Assembly (NCBI GenBank): GCA_039589155.1
Contig: JBDHHX010000001.1
Location: forward strand, 1-34,775
DNA from: Gemmatimonadota bacterium
GTDB taxonomy: Bacteria; Gemmatimonadota; Gemmatimonadetes; Palauibacterales; KS3-K002
Direction of reading: 5' to 3'
Length of the DNA stretch: 34,775 bases
The translations under genes were made by a program, and so were the position numbers. Within the stretch, counting starts at the first letter, position 1, and every line of letters starts with the position of its first letter. Under the pieces are notes generated by a model. That model had not been told where the DNA came from. It searched no databases and worked only from the letters and a program-made list of their open reading frames with translations. Shown here piece by piece: positions 24,779 through 33,203 of the stretch.

Positions 24779-25491
24779 CGCAATCCCCAGCGAAACAGCG
24801 GTTGAGGCTCCACCACCGCATCCAGTCCGACACGCTCGGCCAGACCCCGCGCCTCCTTCAGCGTGAACGCGGCACGCAACGACGCCGGGGCATCGTGCCG
24901 CGTGTAGCGATGCCGGCCCCATACGGTGAGGGCAAGGCACAGCGACGCCAGGTACCCGGCGGTTCCACGACGCAGATCACTCACCACAACTCCCAGTTCG
25001 CTCACCCTGGACATCTCTCGCAACGCCTCAACCGCGTCTTCTGTTTCCAGGTGGTGCAGAAACGTGCTGCAAATCGCCACGTCGAAGGCTCGCTCTCCGA
25101 AGGGCAGCGACCTGGCGTCACCCCGGACAAGTCGAACCCGCGCGCCACGGTCACCCCCTTCCAGTCGCCGCTTCGCTATGCGGATCGTCTCCCGGCCTAG
25201 CTCGAGTCCCACGCCCTCCAACTCCACATCGCGACCCTCGCTCCAGCGTCCCAACGCCGCCAGCATGTCGCCGCCCCCGCAGCCCACGTCCAGGATCCGC
25301 AGCCGGCTGGGTATGACGCCGCCCAACAACCGCTCCACCTGATGGATCACCGTCGCCGTCGCTCCCAGCGAGCGGTTGTACCAGGCGAGATCGTTCAGAC
25401 TCTCGGCCAGCCGATCGGGGTCCGGTGAACCCTGATCCATCAGTTCGCGCACCAGCTGTCTTTGCATTGGACCCCAACGATGCCGCCACAC
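24763..25491 (-). CDS. Class I SAM-dependent methyltransferase
   Basis: Motif I is RILDVGCGGGDMLAAL. Position 25491 is a GTG start preceded by GAAGG, and the ATG at 25467 is an alternative. There is a 16-nt overlap with the downstream FAD enzyme gene. Confidence 0.8.
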   Translation of the reverse strand: MWRHRWGPMQRQLVRELMDQGSPDPDRLAESLNDLAWYNRSLGATATVIHQVERLLGGVIPSRLRILDVGCGGGDMLAALGRWSEGRDVELEGVGLELGRETIRIAKRRLEGGDRGARVRLVRGDARSLPFGERAFDVAICSTFLHHLETEDAVEALREMSRVSELGVVVSDLRRGTAGYLASLCLALTVWGRHRYTRHDAPASLRAAFTLKEARGLAERVGLDAVVEPQPLFRWGLRWKRP

Positions 25492-25594
25492 CAGCCTTCT
25501 GGCTAGAGCCCGGCAAATCGGCCGTACGGCCGACCCTTTATCCCGAGAACGATTCTTACTTGCATTCAGCCCGCGCTTTGGTTAGATTTCTTTT

Positions 25595-25658
25595 TTAGCC
25601 CAGGCTAAATACGGCAGCTTGCTGGTTTAGATAGACGCGATTAGCCCCGATTAGCCCC
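25595..25658. promoter_or_regulatory. Cluster of four TTAGCC/GGCTAA half-sites in the intergenic region upstream of the methyltransferase-KS cluster
   Basis: An inverted repeat TTAGCC-CA-GGCTAA sits at 25595..25608. A perfect tandem GATTAGCCCC x2 sits at 25639..25658. Confidence 0.35.
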
Positions 25659-25913
25659 ATTTGTCACCCGCCGCTGTTGGAGCGAGCCGATCAGGCCCTG
25701 CTCCACGGCGGCGTTCTCATTGGCGGACCTCCTCATCGCCATCACGGGCTTCTCGCGACCTCTAAACTGCGCCATCGCCACAGAAAGGTCTTGACGAAGG
25801 GGCGGGCTAGGCACCATCATTGGCGCACCTTGCCGAGCCGGTGACCTACCCCGGATCCCCGAATTTTTCCCCGACAGACTTACAGGTGCATCCAGCCCTC
25901 AGAGGGAGCCGGC

Positions 25914-26906
25914 ATGTTCTCAAACACGGGTCCTGAAGGCGAGTTTCCAGTTCGCCTGGATCTGGTACCGGGAAAGCTCAGCGCGCAGGTCTATCTGCAC
26001 GACGTGAAGTCCGTGCGTCGCAAGATTCCGTGCTGGACCTATGTGACGGACGGCTTGCGTGAGCGGGGTCAGAAGGAAGTAGTGATCACGCTGAGCAGGG
26101 AAGAAGATGAGAACGCTTCCGACTTTCCTCGAGCGCCGCTCAAGTTCTTTTCGCACCTGTACGAGTTCTCCGAGGGCGGTGAATCGGTGGACGTGGGTGA
26201 CGTCACGCAGTTCGAGGGGGACGGCTTCATGGGTCGGGCGGGGATCGTCTACGCCGAGCCGGAATCGCTGTACGGCCTGGAGTTGCCCTCATTCTCATTG
26301 GCGGCGGTTCTGCTGACAGAGGACGAGCTGCAGGCGGTTCACGCGTTCGGCGCGACACGAGTTCTAGCCCTACTCGGCAAGGCAGCCCGGCACTATCCGT
26401 ATCCGGCATGGTCGGATCGATCGCGGCCCGGACTCGAGCTCACGGCGACTTTGGAGCAGAGCGTCCTGGCACAGATCGACCGCAGGCGGATTCCCGGTTT
26501 GAGGGTGCGGGTCGAGGGCAACCGAATCGTTGCCTCGGTGGCGCCGGAAGCCGTCGAGGACCTGCAGACCGTGCTCTCACGAGCGACGGTCAATGTTCCC
26601 CTTGCTCTGCCCACGGACCTGGACCCGGTGGCGGACGGTTGCCTGGTTTGGGAACCGGGCCATCTGGAACCGACCGTTGCCGCGCCACCGGGCAGCCGGC
26701 GGACGCGTTTGAGCGGCTGCTTCCTGGCGCTGGTACCCGATCAAGAAGAGGACTGCAGCGAGATCGTCGAGGACGGAATGGTGGTATCGTTCACCGACAG
26801 CTCGTGGCTGGCGGTTAAGGGCGCCCTGGAAACGCAGGCGCCGATCACGATCCCCTCGACCAGCGGATCGCTGCACTTCACGCTCAGCTGGCGGCAACTG
26901 CTCTAG
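25914..26906 (+). CDS. Hypothetical protein with an N-terminal SUFU-like (suppressor-of-fused family) domain impression
   Basis: SD GAGGGAG precedes the ATG. The segments ...KIPCWTYVTDGLRERGQKEVVITL...LTEDELQAVHAFGATRVLALLGKAARHYPYPAWSDRSRP resemble bacterial SUFU-family proteins. The C-terminal ~150 aa is unassigned. Confidence 0.4.
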   Translation: MFSNTGPEGEFPVRLDLVPGKLSAQVYLHDVKSVRRKIPCWTYVTDGLRERGQKEVVITLSREEDENASDFPRAPLKFFSHLYEFSEGGESVDVGDVTQFEGDGFMGRAGIVYAEPESLYGLELPSFSLAAVLLTEDELQAVHAFGATRVLALLGKAARHYPYPAWSDRSRPGLELTATLEQSVLAQIDRRRIPGLRVRVEGNRIVASVAPEAVEDLQTVLSRATVNVPLALPTDLDPVADGCLVWEPGHLEPTVAAPPGSRRTRLSGCFLALVPDQEEDCSEIVEDGMVVSFTDSSWLAVKGALETQAPITIPSTSGSLHFTLSWRQLL

Positions 26907-27059
26907 CGATAGCCGGCTCCAGCCAGTCGCAGCGCCCTGTCTCCAACGACACATCCGCGAATCTCTCATCGTCGCCGGCGGTCGATGTTGCCGCAGGCCT
27001 GATAATGCGCCAATCTGATGGTGCGCCGTCTATCAGCGCGGCACATCGACGAAAGGACG

Positions 27060-27653
27060 ATGATGACCAGCCTGGGGTACCGAGCTCTGACGTCTGTCGC
27101 CGCTCTCGCGACGCTGGCGTCGACGGCATGGGCCCAGGAGACCGAGACATCGGCGCCGGCCGGGTTCGGCCTCGGCCTGTCGGCGGTCTACCAACGGTTC
27201 AGCGAGGATTTCGAGGGCCTCGATCCTGGCTTCGGTGGTGAGGCCTCGGTCCGCTACACGTGGGACGGCGGCTTCCAGCTACAGGGCGGTGTCCACTACA
27301 GTCTGCACGACATAGCGAGGCTTCCCGGGAACGTCGGCTTCCTCGAGTTCTTCGTCGACCCACGCTATGTGATCGAGCTGTTCGACTCCCAGCGGATCGT
27401 GTTGCTGGTGGCCGGGCGTGTCGGCTACGTCAGGCTTTCCAGTGGGGATTCCGACGTGGCGGTCGGCGGCGCGACAATCGGCGGTTCGGTGGGCGGCCTG
27501 TACGGTTTGCGACGGGCGCTGGCGGTCGAAGTGACGTTCTATTTCGGCGGTCTATGGATGGACCGCCTGCAGACCGAGCCCGCGCCGGCACCCACCATCA
27601 CCGGCAGCGTCACGTCGATTCAGGTCGGCGTCGTCTGGTCCTTCCCTAACTGA
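27060..27653 (+). CDS. Outer-membrane beta-barrel (OmpA-like 8-strand/porin family) protein
   Basis: The ATG at 27060 follows AAGGA. The signal peptide is MMTSLGYRALTSVAALATLASTAWA/QE. The rest shows an alternating hydrophobic beta-strand pattern with Gly/aromatic-rich ends. Confidence 0.6.
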   Translation: MMTSLGYRALTSVAALATLASTAWAQETETSAPAGFGLGLSAVYQRFSEDFEGLDPGFGGEASVRYTWDGGFQLQGGVHYSLHDIARLPGNVGFLEFFVDPRYVIELFDSQRIVLLVAGRVGYVRLSSGDSDVAVGGATIGGSVGGLYGLRRALAVEVTFYFGGLWMDRLQTEPAPAPTITGSVTSIQVGVVWSFPN

Positions 27654-28281
27654 GCGGGCCCAGACTGCCGGGCGGAAGAAGCAAAGCTCGCACCGGCGTC
27701 GCTTCCGCATCCATCAGCTTCATCGGTAAAGCCACGAGATCGTAGTCGCCCGGCTCGGCGGCCGACAGGTCGAGGTTCTCCAGGATAGGAATCGCCGCGG
27801 CACCCAGAACCCGGTGCGCTGCCATTGCCGCACTGTCCACGGGATCGACGGATGGGGCGTCCGTACCGAACAGCACCAGCCCAGCGCCGGCCATCGCCTC
27901 AGCAGCTTCCGGCGCGAGCGGCGGAAAGTCGCTCACGAACTCCTCCGGCCGCACGACATCTAGCGTCCGGACAAGCACCCGCTGCGAACCTATCGCCCCT
28001 CTCTCCTTCAGAGCAGCCAGCGTCAGCGCCTCATGGCCGCGCATGTCGACTATCCGTGCCGGCCCAAGAAAAGACGCCAGCCCAAGCGCGCCGCTGAGCG
28101 GACCCTCCATATCGTAGTGGGCTGGCGCGTCGGCGTGGGTTCCGATGTGTGGACTGAGCGTGATCCGCGAAAGCGAGACGTTGTCACCGCCCGACAGGCG
28201 CAGCGTCCAGTCGATCGCCAATGGCGTGTCGCCCGGCCACGTCGCCGTCGTCGCGCTCAGCGGTCGCGTGATGTCGATCAC
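27646..28281 (-). CDS. kynB: Kynurenine formamidase / arylformamidase (cyclase family)
   Basis: From the GTG at 28281 (SD GGAGGAA 8 nt upstream) the protein begins VIDITRPLSATTATWPGDTPLAIDW...LSPHIGTHADAPAHY, which contains the HxGTHxDxPxH motif. It has a GTGA overlap with the doxX stop. Confidence 0.8.
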   Translation of the reverse strand: MIDITRPLSATTATWPGDTPLAIDWTLRLSGGDNVSLSRITLSPHIGTHADAPAHYDMEGPLSGALGLASFLGPARIVDMRGHEALTLAALKERGAIGSQRVLVRTLDVVRPEEFVSDFPPLAPEAAEAMAGAGLVLFGTDAPSVDPVDSAAMAAHRVLGAAAIPILENLDLSAAEPGDYDLVALPMKLMDAEATPVRALLLPPGSLGPLS

Positions 28282-28742
28282 CGATCGACTTCCTCCAGGT
28301 CCGCCCGACGTCGCGGCGGCGCTCCCCAGCTCAGAATCTCGTAGTCGATCGAGAGCCGGCCGCCGCCGGTGACGATGAGGCAGATGGCTATCATGAACAG
28401 CGTGAAGTCGAACTCGAATCCGCCGACCAGACCCTGGTGCAGCTTGACCTTCATGATGGCGACCGCCATCACGCCGGCGATGAAGAGCGCGGCGAAACGC
28501 GTGAACAGGCCGCAGACGACCAGAAGACCACCGAAGAACTCGACACCGGCCACAGCCCACGCCCAAAACAACGGGTAGCGCCAGCCCCACGACTCGATGT
28601 TGAATCCCTCCGCCGTCCCCAACGGACCCTGCATCTTTTCCCATCCGTGGGCCATGATCACGGCTCCCAGGGCGAGGCGCAGAAACAGCGGGCCCCAATC
28701 GGGGAAGTACCGGTTCATGATCCACCAACGCAGCTGTTTCAT
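28278..28742 (-). CDS. DoxX-family membrane protein
   Basis: LRLALGAVIMAHGWEKM...VAGVEFFGGLLVVCGLFTRFAALFIAGVMAVAI is the canonical DoxX pattern. It has an ATGA overlap with the fxsA stop. Confidence 0.8.
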   Translation of the reverse strand: MKQLRWWIMNRYFPDWGPLFLRLALGAVIMAHGWEKMQGPLGTAEGFNIESWGWRYPLFWAWAVAGVEFFGGLLVVCGLFTRFAALFIAGVMAVAIMKVKLHQGLVGGFEFDFTLFMIAICLIVTGGGRLSIDYEILSWGAPPRRRADLEEVDR

Positions 28743-29230
28743 TCGCTCCGCTCGTTATCGTTTTGCTGTCCGACTTCGCGGCCGGGCGGGCGCCCATCTG
28801 TCTCTTCCCCACCGCCGCCCCGCGACCTCCAGCCCCCGGGCATCTGTACGAAGACCTGGCCCTGACGGATCAGGCGTCCGCCAAAACGGTTCACCACGCG
28901 GTCCTGGACCCAGCGACGGCTGGGCTTGAGAATGAAACTGAAGCCCAGCACATCGGTGATCAGCCCGGGTGTCAGCAGCAGGGCGCCACCGACGAAGATC
29001 GACAAGCCGTCCAGGATCGGGCGCCCCGGGACCTTGCCTTCATGGAGTTCCACCTGAAACGCGCGCCAGGCCCGCAGCCCTTCGTGACTGGCCAACGCCG
29101 CACCGAGGAAGCCGGTGGTGGCGATCAGCGCCAGCGTCGGCCACAGCCCGATCCAGCGGCCGACCTGGATGAGCAGCGCCAACTCGACGATCGGTATTAT
29201 GATGAACAGCGGTAACAAACGCCGGAACAT
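28739..29230 (-). CDS. fxsA: FxsA-family cytoplasmic membrane protein
   Basis: Contains MFRRLLPLFIIIPIVELALLIQVGRWIGLWPTLALI...LLLTPGLITDVLGF, the characteristic FxsA blocks. Confidence 0.8.
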   Translation of the reverse strand: MFRRLLPLFIIIPIVELALLIQVGRWIGLWPTLALIATTGFLGAALASHEGLRAWRAFQVELHEGKVPGRPILDGLSIFVGGALLLTPGLITDVLGFSFILKPSRRWVQDRVVNRFGGRLIRQGQVFVQMPGGWRSRGGGGEETDGRPPGREVGQQNDNERSE

Positions 29231-29236
29231 CTCACC

Positions 29237-29620
29237 TCACGAATTCGATTCTACAGTGCCGCGCCGGCACGCCGGGCTATTGCACCCGAATCGATGGCGC
29301 CGCCTGGCGATCCATCGATAGACGCGCTCCGCTACGAACATCGCACCCGGGGTGCGAAAAAGCCACGCCGCCGGCGCCAGACCCGGCAGCAATCTCATCA
29401 CTTCACGCGCCGCCTCGGCACCCCGGTGTACCTCACCGGTAGGCGATACCAGATGCATCGCCTCCTCCGCCCCACTCCGGCTGACGCCGAGGCCGTCCAG
29501 TTCCGCCGTTTGAAACGGGACGGCCTCGATGCGGCCGCGTTTGTCCCGGCGCTCGATGAACTTCACCTGCCGGCGACAGAACTCGCACTCGCCGTCGTAG
29601 ATGAGCGTCCACCGGCCCAT
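29237..29620 (-). CDS. Thiol-disulfide oxidoreductase DCC-family (DUF393) protein
   Basis: N-terminal LIYDGECEFCRRQV (the DCC CxxC motif), with a length of ~127 aa. Confidence 0.8.
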   Translation of the reverse strand: MGRWTLIYDGECEFCRRQVKFIERRDKRGRIEAVPFQTAELDGLGVSRSGAEEAMHLVSPTGEVHRGAEAAREVMRLLPGLAPAAWLFRTPGAMFVAERVYRWIARRRHRFGCNSPACRRGTVESNS

Positions 29621-29626
29621 GCGCCG

Positions 29627-30055
29627 CTACGCGCTCTCAGTCTCTCGGTAAAGCCAGCCACCGGCCAACGCACCGATGGTGAACTCCACCAGTCCCCATG
29701 CCGACCCGACGATCATCATCCACGCCGACCATACGCCCACCAGGTAGTCGCCGAGCAACGGCAAGAAGTAGCCGATGAACCAGACCACCAGCCCGGCGAT
29801 CACCGCCGTCTTCGGGCCGGCCCCAAGTCGCGGCCGCACCGCTGCGTAGAGCCAGGTCATCGCGATACCCATGATCAAACCGATGACCACGAAGATGCCG
29901 ATCGTCAGGCCCCCCGGCGGCTCAATGCCAAAGCGCTCCATCATCGCTTCCGCCTCGGCCGCGAACACCAGCTGGCCGATGATCTCGCCCACGTTGATGA
30001 TCAGGCCGGCGAGCAGGCCCCCCAGGATGACACGGCCGGTGTTGATGCGTCCCAT
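29627..30055 (-). CDS. Hypothetical 4-TM membrane protein
   Basis: The ATG at 30055 is preceded by GGAGG. The protein is MGRINTGRVILGGLLAGLIINVGEIIGQ... and is hydrophobic throughout. The longer track ORF (to 30580) runs antisense into pfk. Confidence 0.5.
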   Translation of the reverse strand: MGRINTGRVILGGLLAGLIINVGEIIGQLVFAAEAEAMMERFGIEPPGGLTIGIFVVIGLIMGIAMTWLYAAVRPRLGAGPKTAVIAGLVVWFIGYFLPLLGDYLVGVWSAWMMIVGSAWGLVEFTIGALAGGWLYRETESA

Positions 30056-30265
30056 GTCGACCTCCGCGTTGAAGTCCGGGACCGGAGGATCCGGAACCCG
30101 TGTTTGCTGCAATGCTCTGGAAGCTGGAAAGAGATAGAATGCCCTTCCCCACCGCCTCGTGTCCAGCCCGACGCCATTAGCCTTGAGAATCGCCCGCGGA
30201 AAGCGCAAGATGCTGCGTGTCGGATGCCGACGCCCCCAACCCCACTGCCACGCGGGAACAGGCAG

Positions 30266-31336
30266 ATGAAGAAGATCGCGATCAACACCGGCGGCGGAGA
30301 CGCGCCGGGCCTCAACGCGGTGATCCGAGCCGCCACGCTGTCGGCGCTCAACCGGGGTTGGGAGGTCTTCGGGATCCAGCGCGCCTACCAGGGCTTGTTC
30401 GTCGATGACGGCATTGTTCCGCTGACGCGGGACTCGGTCCGTGGCATAACGCACCTGGGCGGCACCATCCTGGGGACGACGAATCGAGGCAACCCGTTCG
30501 CAATCCCGGTCGAGCAGCCCGACGGCTCGGTGAAGACCGAAGACCGCTCGGACGCCGTTATCGCCGCATTCAAAGAACACCGGTTCGACGCGCTGATCGC
30601 CATCGGCGGCGACGGCAGCCTGACGATCGCCCGCGACCTGGCGGCGAAGGGCCTACCCGTGGTGGGCGTGCCGAAGACCATCGACAACGACATCGACGGT
30701 ACAACGTTGACTTTCGGCTTCCTCACCGCCGTCGACGTCGCCACCGACGCCATCGACCGCCTTCACTCCACCGCTCAGGCCCACGATCGCGTCATGGTCG
30801 TCGAGGTGATGGGTCGCCACGCCGGTTGGATCGCGCTCTTCGCCGGCGTCGCCGGCACCGCCGATGTGATACTCATTCCGGAGATCCCCTACCACATCGA
30901 ATGGATCTGCGAGAAGGTGCTCGAACGCGATCGACAGGGCCGGCGCTTCGCCATCATCGTCGTCGCCGAAGGCGCCGCTCCAGCCGACGGGTCACCCTCG
31001 TTCGCTGACGCCGAAACCAAGCGGTTGGGCGGCATCTGCGAGGTGCTCGCCCACCAGATCGGAGAACGCACCGGGAAGGAGACGCGGGCCATCGCGCTGC
31101 GCCACCTGCAACGTGGCGGTGGCCCCATCTCCTACGACCGGTTGGTCGCCTTGCGCTTCGGCGCCGCCGCCGTGCGCTGTATAGAGAACGGCGAGTTCGG
31201 TTGCATGGTCGCACTCGATCCGCCTAACGTGTGTCCCATCCCCCTCGCCCAAGCCGTCGCACTACGGAAGACGGTCCCAATCGACGGCGACGTAGTCATT
31301 ACCGCCCGTGACCTGGGAATCTGTTTCGGAGACTGA
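30266..31336 (+). CDS. pfkA: 6-phosphofructokinase
   Basis: Contains MKKIAINTGGGDAPGLNAVIRA, IGGDGS, PKTIDNDI and VMGRHAGW. The track ORF from 29294 is an artefactual 5' extension. Confidence 0.9.
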   Translation: MKKIAINTGGGDAPGLNAVIRAATLSALNRGWEVFGIQRAYQGLFVDDGIVPLTRDSVRGITHLGGTILGTTNRGNPFAIPVEQPDGSVKTEDRSDAVIAAFKEHRFDALIAIGGDGSLTIARDLAAKGLPVVGVPKTIDNDIDGTTLTFGFLTAVDVATDAIDRLHSTAQAHDRVMVVEVMGRHAGWIALFAGVAGTADVILIPEIPYHIEWICEKVLERDRQGRRFAIIVVAEGAAPADGSPSFADAETKRLGGICEVLAHQIGERTGKETRAIALRHLQRGGGPISYDRLVALRFGAAAVRCIENGEFGCMVALDPPNVCPIPLAQAVALRKTVPIDGDVVITARDLGICFGD

Positions 31337-31340
31337 GAAT

Positions 31341-31520
31341 ATGATCGAGATCACCAAACGAGATGATGTTCAGCCTATCTGCCCGCATTGCTCCACCGAG
31401 CTCAGATCGGTGTGGTATCAGCAGCTGGCCGGCATGTTCGGGAAACGCTTCGTCTACTTCTGCGGTACCTGTCGCAAGGTGCTCGGCGTATCGCACCGCA
31501 AGGGATTCTGGATGGGCTAG
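31341..31520 (+). CDS. Small (59 aa) zinc-ribbon-like hypothetical protein
   Basis: MIEITKRDDVQPICPHCSTELRSVWYQQLAGMFGKRFVYFCGTCRKVLGVSHRKGFWMG carries two CxxC pairs. It starts 4 nt after the pfk stop. Confidence 0.4.
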   Translation: MIEITKRDDVQPICPHCSTELRSVWYQQLAGMFGKRFVYFCGTCRKVLGVSHRKGFWMG

Positions 31521-33196
31521 TAGTGCAGGCGTTCCACCAGCCAGTCGGTCATGAAGCCCAGGAAGGCGCGGTCGACTTTCGCGGTGGGGTCGGCGTACTC
31601 CGCTACGCCCTGCCCTTTCGAGACCGCGAACAGGTGGTTGAGGTTGGGAAAGATCCTGACTTCGAAGTCGGGATTGCCGGCGCTCGCCAGCGCGGCACCC
31701 AACCGCCGGGCGTGCTCCGGCGGAATCTGCACGTCCATACCGCCCTGCACGACCAGTACCGGGGACTGCACCTGGCGAATCGTGGCCTCCGGGTCGTGGG
31801 AGAAGTGCTCCGTCAGCCACTTCCGGTACCGCGCCAGCCATCTGATCCCATCGGGGAGATCGACCTCGTCCAGGTCACGGCCTTCCCTGATGGCCAGCGA
31901 CAGTTCGGCGACTCCGTCTCGAGCCTCCTCGACGCCCGCCGAGTCGACTCCGGCGTCCCGCGCCGCCGCCGCCACCTGCTCCATGATCACCGAGTCGAGC
32001 GGTGCGGCGGTGCCAGCCATGAGCACGATCGCGGCGATGCCGGGATCGTCCGCCGCGACTACCGGAGCGACGATCGCACCTTCGCTGTGACCGATGAGAG
32101 AAACCCGACCCGCGTCGATCTCGCCCCGGCTCCGCAGAAACTGAACCGCCGACTCCACATCGCTCACCAGGTCGCTGAGGCCCGCGGTCGCGAGCGTGCC
32201 GCCGCTGCCGCCGACGCCGCGGTCGTCGTAACGCAGCACGGCGATGCCGCGCCGCGTCAGCGTGTCGGCAATCACCCTGAAGATCCCCATTTTCAGGCCG
32301 CCGGGGCCTTCCGTATCCTCGTCACGGTTCTGCGCTCCCGACCCGCTGATCAGCACGGCCGCCGGCCACGGACCATCCCCTCTGGGTAGTGTGAGCGTTC
32401 CCGCCAGCCTGATCGAGTCCGAGTCAAACTCGACCTCCTCGGCGTCGTACGGCGGCGGCTCGCCGTTCGCATCCGGCTCGCTCGCCGTCACCGTCAGCAA
32501 ATCGGCCCAGTCGGTATAGGCCTCGTTCAACGCCTCGAACGCCTGCATCGGAACGGTGAGCTTGAGCGGTGTCCCATCGGCGGCGAGCCAGACGAACGCT
32601 CCCACCCGATTGGCCAGGTTCAGATAGTAACGCCGCACGGTGAGCGTCTCGGCGCCGTGGCTCACCGCGCTCTCATGTTGAAGCTCGACCCCGATCGGAA
32701 CGTTCGGGAAGGCGGTGAACTCCTGAGTCTCGCCCAGTCCGCCGTCGTGCAGCCACGCGAACTGTATGATGTGGACGATGACGTTGTTGGTGAGGAGGAC
32801 GGAGGCCGCCGGCGTTTCGAGGTCTACCGAGGAAGAGATCGCGCCCTGTCGCGTCGCCTGCCGGCCGTTCGGTCCGTCGCGGACCAGCGTCGCTTCCGTC
32901 GTATCGGTCTCGTTCGCCGTCGCCAACACGGTGGCTTCCCGGAACTCGAGCTGAGGACCGGCCACGACCTCTATGTGCTGAACCAGGTGAAGATTGGGAA
33001 TCTGCAGATCGACGTCGGCGCGCAGCGAGTGGCCGCCGTCCGGCAGACGCTCGATGTGGAAGGTCTCCCAACCGGCATCGCTTCCGCCGAGCCTGAACAT
33101 CAGTCTCCCGTCGAGGGCCGCCGGGACCTGAGCGCTAAGGAAGTCCACCGACCCGAAGGTGAGTACGATGACAGCCGCGAGAGTCTTGCCCAGCAT
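31517..33196 (-). CDS. Secreted alpha/beta hydrolase (S9/dienelactone-hydrolase-like) with an N-terminal beta-rich domain
   Basis: Signal peptide MLGKTLAAVIVLTFGSVDFLSAQ. The nucleophile elbow is LIGHSEGAI (GxSxG), and the C-terminal half is hydrolase-like. Confidence 0.7.
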   Translation of the reverse strand: MLGKTLAAVIVLTFGSVDFLSAQVPAALDGRLMFRLGGSDAGWETFHIERLPDGGHSLRADVDLQIPNLHLVQHIEVVAGPQLEFREATVLATANETDTTEATLVRDGPNGRQATRQGAISSSVDLETPAASVLLTNNVIVHIIQFAWLHDGGLGETQEFTAFPNVPIGVELQHESAVSHGAETLTVRRYYLNLANRVGAFVWLAADGTPLKLTVPMQAFEALNEAYTDWADLLTVTASEPDANGEPPPYDAEEVEFDSDSIRLAGTLTLPRGDGPWPAAVLISGSGAQNRDEDTEGPGGLKMGIFRVIADTLTRRGIAVLRYDDRGVGGSGGTLATAGLSDLVSDVESAVQFLRSRGEIDAGRVSLIGHSEGAIVAPVVAADDPGIAAIVLMAGTAAPLDSVIMEQVAAAARDAGVDSAGVEEARDGVAELSLAIREGRDLDEVDLPDGIRWLARYRKWLTEHFSHDPEATIRQVQSPVLVVQGGMDVQIPPEHARRLGAALASAGNPDFEVRIFPNLNHLFAVSKGQGVAEYADPTAKVDRAFLGFMTDWLVERLHY

Positions 33197-33203
33197 ACGC
33201 AGG

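Noticed and set aside
25641-25775. 44-aa minus-strand ORF (MAQFRGREKPVMAMRRSANENAAVEQGLIGSLQQRRVTNGANRG) in the long intergenic region
   Set aside because: It has no Shine-Dalgarno and no recognisable motif. Its 3' end is simply the GATTAGCCCC tandem repeat read in frame. It is more likely regulatory DNA or a degraded remnant.
29294-30265. 5' extension of the pfk ORF (680 aa in the track). Similar N-terminal extensions occur at 8159..8776, 8926..9501, 23086..23766, 23544..23711, 24779..24940, 28282..28812 and 30056..30580.
   Set aside because: In each case an internal start with an SD or a stop-start overlap coincides with the beginning of family homology. The extension also overlaps a better-supported neighbouring gene.
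31388-32389. 333-aa plus-strand ORF
   Set aside because: It is antisense to the alpha/beta hydrolase gene, which has a signal peptide and a GxSxG motif.
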